In this document: positions 18,864 through 24,648 of the stretch, piece by piece
How positions within the stretch are numbered: the stretch's first letter is position 1
How the letters are laid out: each line of letters opens with the position of its first letter
DNA from: a virus
Taxonomy: Duplodnaviria; Heunggongvirae; Uroviricota; Caudoviricetes
Reading direction: 5' to 3' (one strand)
IMG/VR virus record: IMGVR_UViG_2684622670_000019
Location: 1 to 24,648 of that record
DNA: 24,648 bases
The notes under the pieces: generated by a model
Database searches by the model: none
Seen by the model: only the letters and a program-made list of their open reading frames with translations
Told to the model about the DNA's origin: nothing
Program-made: the position numbers and the translations under genes

Positions 18864-21062
18864 TTACTGCTGTGGTTGTTGCTGAGTTGATTTTTGCAGG
18901 ATGCTGCTGATGTCCATGCGCTGCGCATGGCCCTGTGCCTGACTTTTCAGGACAAGCTCTGCATCAGCACGGGCATTATCTCCTTGCTGTTGCTGGAACT
19001 GTCCGAGCAGTTTCAGAGCCTCGCGGATATCAGATTTCTGCTGACTATCGGCAGATGCGAGGATTTTCACAACATTTGCCGCTGCAACCTGAGCATCAGT
19101 CTGTGCCTGGAATGCTTTAACCTGAATGGCTGCCTGTTCGTTCTGCGCTTTCTGCAATTCAGCCTGACCAGCAAGAAGCTGACCTTGCGCTGCAACCATA
19201 GCCGGATCTGGCTGACTGGCCTGTTGTTGTTTCGCCTGTTCAACCATCTGCTGTTCTTCAGGCGTTCTCGGCTTGATAACGCCAGACAGAAGCAACTGAT
19301 TGCGGTTGTATTCTTTCAGGTCTTCCATCCCTTCGCCGTCCATATTGTCGAGAATAAGAGACGATACAAGGTCATGCTTCGGCGTTCCTGGTGGGATAAG
19401 TGCCAGCATGGAAAGTAACGACTTAACCGTTGCATCACGGCGAGTAGCGAACGACTGACCGACATCGACAGTCACTTCATAGTTGCCCTGCGAAAGGTCA
19501 TTAAGCGCGATAACCTGCCCTGTCTGACGGTCAACCACTTCACCAGTCATCAGAGCCACGTCATCGCTGCCGTCCTCATTAACGATACGCATCGGCGTAT
19601 CACTGCCATAGACCTCACGCGCCATAGAAAGCCACACAACGCCAGCGCGACGCATGGATTTAGCCATGTTGTCCATGTAGATATAGGACTGCGTATCCAT
19701 CCGGTTAAAGATGCTATCAACGGTATCGGTGGCAACGTTGCTCGGCATGTTCTCAAGCTGCGACGCACCTGTAATTTGCTGAATAGCCGTTCCGGTGTAC
19801 TGCAATAGCCCGGCAAGAGCAGGAGGCATTTGTGTTGGAGGGGTCCAGCCAGCAACCTGAGCCTCTGAAATGACTGTTCCGTTTTTGTCCTTCTTGCTGG
19901 TCATAGGAAGAACTGCAGGTCTTTTCTTATTCCTCTCTGCCCAGTGATTCATTAATGGACCGGGAATGAAATCAACATCCACGATAGGAATGCCATCACC
20001 GCCAGCCTGAGTAGCGTTATCTGCAATCATGGAAACCATAAGGTTCTCAAGACGCTGTGCATCCATCGCTTTTGCAGCGTGGCCTTCGATTCGCTCCTGA
20101 TTATCAACAAATGAGCGACGCCCATATACCGGGATGAGAGGAATATGTTCACCCGGAATACGCTTCGGTTCTTCCAGCCATTCAGCGCCAGACAGAAGAC
20201 CGCAATAAACGCGGCGCTTCTTCACCGTTCGCTCGCCAATCAGTTCGAATGCACCATCGGTCAGTTCGTCGACAATATCTTTGATTTGATCTTCATCATA
20301 GATTGCCGTTTCTCCGCTAACAGGGTTACGCCATGCTGTGAGCTTCACCTTCTCTACGCGAACTTCGTAGTAGCGACCAACATAGATGGCATCTGGCGTT
20401 GACCAGTCATATTGAGTACCAGTGTCATCACGAGAAAGACTTGCCGCGATGGAATCAGGGTATTCAGCCTCGAACGCTTTAGGGGTCATGGAGAACATTT
20501 CCATAGCCCACATAGCATCAGAGCGGTCATATTGCTTGCTGTCCTGATCGAAGAAGACGCATGTCGCCGGGTCGTAAACAGGAAGAAGGCTGATGCGGCG
20601 TTGCTCGTTACTCGGATCCATTTCATCTTCGTAATCGGCACACATGCGGAAACAACCGAATCCACCCGTTACAGCATCATCAAATGCGTTATCACACGCT
20701 TCGCCACCGGATGTTTCCTGATAGTCAGCGCGGAATTTGCCGTTCATCTTTTCGGCTAACGCTTCCGATGCCTTATCGTCCTTCGGCCTGAATTTAACGC
20801 TGATGCGATTCTGTCGATACTCGCCAATGATGCGATCACATTCACGGGCAATCTTATTCAGTTCAAAGCGCGGGTAATGCTCAAACCTGCCTTCATCAAA
20901 TGAGTAACCAGCGTTTGTGCTGCCTTCCCACTGTGCGCCGGACACCCGGACGAAACGTTGAGCCTCAATAATCTGCTCACGCATATCCTGCGTTGCTGAC
21001 CAGGCATTATCAAAGTTGCACAGCACCTTGCGATGCCAGTCAGTCATCTTTTTTTCTGCCAT
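18864..21062 (-). CDS. Portal protein, P22 gp1-like
   Basis: 732 aa (P22 portal is about 725 aa); Gln-rich C-terminal barrel region (QQQASQPDPAMVAAQGQLLAGQAELQKAQNEQ...); immediately downstream of the large terminase. Confidence 0.85.
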   Translation of the reverse strand: MAEKKMTDWHRKVLCNFDNAWSATQDMREQIIEAQRFVRVSGAQWEGSTNAGYSFDEGRFEHYPRFELNKIARECDRIIGEYRQNRISVKFRPKDDKASEALAEKMNGKFRADYQETSGGEACDNAFDDAVTGGFGCFRMCADYEDEMDPSNEQRRISLLPVYDPATCVFFDQDSKQYDRSDAMWAMEMFSMTPKAFEAEYPDSIAASLSRDDTGTQYDWSTPDAIYVGRYYEVRVEKVKLTAWRNPVSGETAIYDEDQIKDIVDELTDGAFELIGERTVKKRRVYCGLLSGAEWLEEPKRIPGEHIPLIPVYGRRSFVDNQERIEGHAAKAMDAQRLENLMVSMIADNATQAGGDGIPIVDVDFIPGPLMNHWAERNKKRPAVLPMTSKKDKNGTVISEAQVAGWTPPTQMPPALAGLLQYTGTAIQQITGASQLENMPSNVATDTVDSIFNRMDTQSYIYMDNMAKSMRRAGVVWLSMAREVYGSDTPMRIVNEDGSDDVALMTGEVVDRQTGQVIALNDLSQGNYEVTVDVGQSFATRRDATVKSLLSMLALIPPGTPKHDLVSSLILDNMDGEGMEDLKEYNRNQLLLSGVIKPRTPEEQQMVEQAKQQQASQPDPAMVAAQGQLLAGQAELQKAQNEQAAIQVKAFQAQTDAQVAAANVVKILASADSQQKSDIREALKLLGQFQQQQGDNARADAELVLKSQAQGHAQRMDISSILQKSTQQQPQQ

Positions 21063-21063
21063 A

Positions 21064-22479
21064 TCAACCTACACCACAAGGAATTGAGTAACTGGAATAG
21101 TCGGGTTGCGCAGCCGACTCCGGGCAATGCATACACATCATCAGCGCATCAGCCAGGTTAGGAGATGGAATACCGAGCTTCTGCTTCATTTCGACCTTAG
21201 TCATTAGCTCCAGCTTCCCGTTGTTATTGAATTTGCGCTGAATCTGCGTCAGTTCTGCAAACAGCTTCTCCAGCATCTTCTCGCCTATCGCTTCTTTGTC
21301 GAAACTCAGCATGTCGTCGGGGTCTGCATACTCACCGTAAACAACCGCCCGATATGTCAGATACAGCCTGTCAGCCAGCGCGTAATAGAATTGCGCTCGC
21401 TTATTGCGGAACACATCACCAATAGTGCGAACGTTGTCGCCCTGTACGACTTCATCAGCCCATGCTCCGGCCTGATACGGCGCATCTTCATCGAATGGCG
21501 ATTCACTGCCCTTGAACATCGTGGCGGTGATTTTCTTGCCGGAGAACGCTTCCGTTGTCTGTCTGCGTAGGCCCGCACCAACACCATCACCATCCCACAG
21601 GTAATGGTCAGCACCGTCTTCAATCGCCAGCGAAGTTGCCCAGTCAGCACCTTCATTGATGTCCATCAGCAGACCTTCGGCAATGCGCTTAACAACCGAA
21701 CCGTGACGCGATGCATAACCTTTAGCATCCGGCCCTGTATCTGACGGGTCATGCGCAGAGACAACAGCGCCTTTCGCTTTCCATCCGAGTTTCTTGTGCG
21801 CATCGGTTGCGGCTTCAAGCCATTCACGTTTGATGATTGCCATATCACTTGCGCTTACTGGCTCACCAAGCCAGATGTGACGATACAGTGTCGGATTTCT
21901 GCGTTTGCACTCTTCCATCTCCAGACGGAGAACTTCAGGAAAGTGCGGGTTGTCGGTGTAGTTCACCGTCAGCAGACAAATATCATCGGGAGGATTTACG
22001 ACGAATCGCTGATAGGTATCGTCGAGTATGTTCTTCGGGTTAAAGCTCACCCATATTTCGGAAAACGGCTTGCGGATGGTTGGTATCAGGATATCCCATG
22101 ATTCCTTCGTTACCGCTTCCGCTTCTTCCACCCAGCAGATATCAATGCCTTCGAGCGATTTAATCTTCGTCGGGTTGTTTTTGATGCCGTAGAACATGAA
22201 TTCAGCATTCGTTCCGAGATGACGAATCATGGAACGCTGAATTTCAAACTCAGCCGAATACCCTTCACGCTCGATGGTATCTTCAAGCAACCGGATTACC
22301 GAATCGCTGATACTGTTTTGCAGTTCACGAGCGCAGAGAATACGCACTGGCTGACGACGCGCCGCTTCAACAAGCAGCCTAGCAATTGCCCATGACTTAC
22401 CGCTACCTCGACCGCCTTTGGCGACTTTGTAGCGATGCGCCTCAATGAACGGTTCAAAGATAGGATTAATCGAGGTCAT
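21064..22479 (-). CDS. Terminase large subunit
   Basis: 471 aa; N-terminal Walker A (VAKGGRGSGKSWAIA); size and position match Sf6/P22 TerL; ATGA overlap with TerS. Confidence 0.88.
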   Translation of the reverse strand: MTSINPIFEPFIEAHRYKVAKGGRGSGKSWAIARLLVEAARRQPVRILCARELQNSISDSVIRLLEDTIEREGYSAEFEIQRSMIRHLGTNAEFMFYGIKNNPTKIKSLEGIDICWVEEAEAVTKESWDILIPTIRKPFSEIWVSFNPKNILDDTYQRFVVNPPDDICLLTVNYTDNPHFPEVLRLEMEECKRRNPTLYRHIWLGEPVSASDMAIIKREWLEAATDAHKKLGWKAKGAVVSAHDPSDTGPDAKGYASRHGSVVKRIAEGLLMDINEGADWATSLAIEDGADHYLWDGDGVGAGLRRQTTEAFSGKKITATMFKGSESPFDEDAPYQAGAWADEVVQGDNVRTIGDVFRNKRAQFYYALADRLYLTYRAVVYGEYADPDDMLSFDKEAIGEKMLEKLFAELTQIQRKFNNNGKLELMTKVEMKQKLGIPSPNLADALMMCMHCPESAAQPDYSSYSIPCGVG

Positions 22480-22901
22480 TTTCCGAATAGAGTGCTCATC
22501 GGTGATGTTTCAATCTGGATTGCGCCGCCGTCTTTGCCGACAAGCTCGTTAGTTACCTTGTCGCCATACTTACGGGGATTCATTCGGGCCAGCGCCCATT
22601 TGCGGGTATCAACGCGAAGTCTTGCCTTTGCCACCTCAGCAGCATCTGGAATCGCAGTGTCAGCAATTTCGAATATCTCTTCGAAAATAGAATCAGCTCG
22701 TGCCTCAGTTGCCTTCGCGTACTTGTCTCTAAATTCTTCATGCTCTGACAGCCAGCGAAATACAGTAGCCTTTGCTGGCATGCCGGGGCGCTTGCAAACC
22801 TTAACCAGACTTTCCCCGGAGGCAAGCAGCGCACAGATATCATCAGCCACCTCCGGCAGGTAATCCGAAGGGCGACCGACATTCTTTTTCTCAGTCGCCA
22901 T
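22476..22901 (-). CDS. Terminase small subunit (Sf6 gp1-like)
   Basis: 141 aa; MATEKKNVGRPSDYLPEVADDICALLASGESLVKVCKRPGMP... with HTH-like N-terminus, matching the Sf6-type TerS from memory. Confidence 0.8.
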   Translation of the reverse strand: MATEKKNVGRPSDYLPEVADDICALLASGESLVKVCKRPGMPAKATVFRWLSEHEEFRDKYAKATEARADSIFEEIFEIADTAIPDAAEVAKARLRVDTRKWALARMNPRKYGDKVTNELVGKDGGAIQIETSPMSTLFGK

Positions 22902-22980
22902 ATTGATTATTTCCCTTCTGCTTGCTTATCCCATTCATCGCGGAATTTGGATGGGTTGTCGAAACCTTGAGTTGCCATGT

Positions 22981-23223
22981 TTATGCTCCGGTAGTGAACA
23001 GGTCTAACGCTTCCTTCGATTTACGCACCGCTTCAAATGTGCGGATCGTGATATCTGAATTAGCGCCGCCTGACTGGAAGTGAATTTTGAATAGCTCAAG
23101 CTTCAACTCGTCAGTGCCAATGAACTGAAATGCTTCTTCTGCGGCTGCGTTCTGGTTCATGACCAGTTTGTAAATCTCTAACTGGAATTTCTGTTCTTCA
23201 GTCATGGGAATAATCTCTGCCAT
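22981..23223 (-). CDS. Small hypothetical protein upstream of the terminase genes
   Basis: 80 aa ORF with SD (ACGGAG) upstream of ATG 23223; no recognisable domain. Confidence 0.4.
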   Translation of the reverse strand: MAEIIPMTEEQKFQLEIYKLVMNQNAAAEEAFQFIGTDELKLELFKIHFQSGGANSDITIRTFEAVRKSKEALDLFTTGA

Positions 23224-23326
23224 TGTTGGCTCCGTTTATCCGTTAAAAGGGATATCAGTTAAGTTATCCCGTGTAGGGTATAAGCCATTATCAAAGCCAC
23301 TCTGTAGGGAATGGCTTTTGTAATAA

Positions 23327-23701
23327 CTACTGTTCGCTTAGCTTCTGCTTCAGCAAGTAACCTTCGAGCATCCAGATTTTGTTTACAGCATTCTGCCGGG
23401 CAATCTTCCGACCAATTTCTGCATCAAAGTTTTCCGGGCTTGCACAGGCACTCTCTCCGGTAACGGTGAAGCCATTCTTCAGTACCAATACGCAGAAAGT
23501 GAGAAGGTGCAGAGCATCAGGGGTGGCTTCGACATAAGGCTCCGGATTATAAATAAGGTCATCTTCTTTAGCCTGGTGGTCACCCTGCGCAGCAGTGAAA
23601 AAATGCTCACTGCAAATGAGGCCTTCAATTTTCTCGGGTGTTACACGCGGTGCCGTTTTGCCTTTCTCAACGATTTCTTTTTCGATTTGCTGGTCGTTCA
23701 T
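23327..23701 (-). CDS. Hypothetical protein, apparently conserved among lambdoid phages (between lysis and packaging genes)
   Basis: 124 aa (MNDQQIEKEIVEKGKTAPRVTPEKIEGL...); SD-like AGGGG upstream; function unknown. Confidence 0.5.
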   Translation of the reverse strand: MNDQQIEKEIVEKGKTAPRVTPEKIEGLICSEHFFTAAQGDHQAKEDDLIYNPEPYVEATPDALHLLTFCVLVLKNGFTVTGESACASPENFDAEIGRKIARQNAVNKIWMLEGYLLKQKLSEQ

Positions 23702-24079
23702 AATTATGCCCCTGTAGAGTGGTTGCTTGATTAGGATGTCTTTCCATCAGTCCGCCACCACAAAGAATCTTTTTTGCCATAAGGCAGGAGGTTCATCTTT
23801 CAGTGGCTGCCAGTGTTATTTCCCCACTTACTGGCTTGGGTTGTTTCGCTGTACTGCCGTAACTGGTTACCCAGAATAAATTCCGGTTTCATTATCAAGC
23901 CCACCCGTAGATAGGCTTTGTAATGAACTGGCTCTTATCTCAACGCAGCCCCTTACCGCGCGCCAGATGCTCAATATCAAGCATCAGCAATGAGATGTTT
24001 AATCTGGATTCACTCCAGAAGTGATTACCACCATGTCTACAGAGCCAGATGTGAAGGATGATGAGTAAAATTATCGCTA

Positions 24080-24547
24080 TCATCGAAGGCATTGCGTCCT
24101 GATGTATTCCTGAAGCGTTCTCAGTGCTGTTTGGTCGCGGATAATTCCGTCCCGGACACCGAGAACGTTTCGTCCAGCAACTGGAGAGAGTTCGACGGTG
24201 GCATCATTGCCCATGCCGGAGGCGCTGGAGGTTTCGGCTGAGGATGGCACAGGGCATTTTCCTTTGACGAGCACCCTGCCACCATTATCAAGCTTGCGCC
24301 GAAGAGCATCATTTTTAGCGTTCGCATCAGCTAACTCCTTCGTGTATTTAGCATCGAGTGCATCAGCAGAACGCTGGCGCTGCTGCATGTCAGTAATGGT
24401 GGCGGTCGCCTGCTTCAGCTCACTGACTTTTTTATCGCGCTGCTCTTTGTAGGTCATGGCGTTATCACGGTAATGATTAACAGCCCATGACAGGCAGACG
24501 ATGATGCAGATAATCAGAGCGGAGATAATCGCGGTTACTCTGCTCAT
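24080..24547 (-). CDS. Rz: Rz i-spanin (lysis)
   Basis: [39 protein letters not shown]...[11 protein letters not shown] closely matches lambda Rz; its ATG overlaps the endolysin stop (ATGA). Confidence 0.88.
24121..24327 (-). CDS. Rz1: Rz1 o-spanin lipoprotein, embedded in Rz in the +1 frame
   Basis: [23 protein letters not shown]...[13 protein letters not shown]: lipobox (VAGC) and proline-rich region as in lambda Rz1; entirely within Rz. Confidence 0.75.
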   Translation of the reverse strand: MRTLKMMLFGASLIMVAGCSSKENALCHPQPKPPAPPAWAMMPPSNSLQLLDETFSVSGTELSATKQH

Positions 24548-24648
24548 TGCTGCCCCCACAAACAGACTTCACGCTCAATCTCACGACGGGTCATCAGCCC
24601 TTTCCATTGCTTACCGCCAGCGTATGTCCAGCGCCGTAGCTGATCACA
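24544..24648 (-). CDS. Endolysin, C-terminal fragment (gene continues beyond the window edge)
   Basis: Minus-strand translation ...[34 protein letters not shown]-stop resembles the C-terminus of lambdoid phage lysozymes; stop at 24544-24546. Confidence 0.6.

Noticed and set aside
18894-20759. Several plus-strand ORFs (174, 85 and 115 aa) within the portal gene
   Set aside because: All antisense to the portal CDS and without RBS or recognisable features; shadow ORFs.
22907-22978. 23-aa ORF (MATQGFDNPSKFRDEWDKQAEGK) immediately upstream of the small terminase
   Set aside because: Too short to support without conservation or expression data; could be a chance ORF in the leader.
1-24648. CRISPR arrays, tRNA genes, integrase or transposase genes
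   Set aside because: No regularly spaced direct repeats, no tRNA-like T-arm/acceptor motifs, and no ORF with recombinase or transposase character were seen; the integrase presumably lies outside the window.

Overview
This window is a contiguous segment of a P22-like (Sf6/HK620-type) temperate podovirus or prophage from an enterobacterial host, with the late operon on the minus strand. Calls rest on reading the translated ORFs against remembered P22, Sf6 and lambda proteins and on conserved gene order; no database search was run. From right to left: endolysin 3' end, Rz/Rz1 spanins, two small conserved ORFs, small and large terminase, portal, scaffold, coat, gp4, gp10, tail needle gp26, gp14, and ejection proteins gp7/gp20/gp16. 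Next comes a roughly 3 kb immI-like accessory regulatory island (6054-9054), then the tailspike, the gtrABC O-antigen glucosylation operon and about 1 kb of low-coding AT-rich leader. The island is the most interesting part and the best candidate for an undescribed system. It holds a lambda-CI-fold repressor whose catalytic serine and Ala-Gly cleavage site are missing, co-oriented with a tiny 2-TM membrane protein in the P22 sieA/mnt position. Divergent from these is an Arc-like RHH gene followed by two separate antirepressor genes (Bro-N type and KilAC type), each apparently opposed by an antisense-oriented promoter and intrinsic terminator. An extra Mnt-like RHH gene lies convergent to the antirepressors. 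gtrC and the tailspike receptor-binding domain are strongly AT-rich relative to the structural genes, indicating module exchange. No CRISPR array, tRNA, integrase or transposase was recognised.
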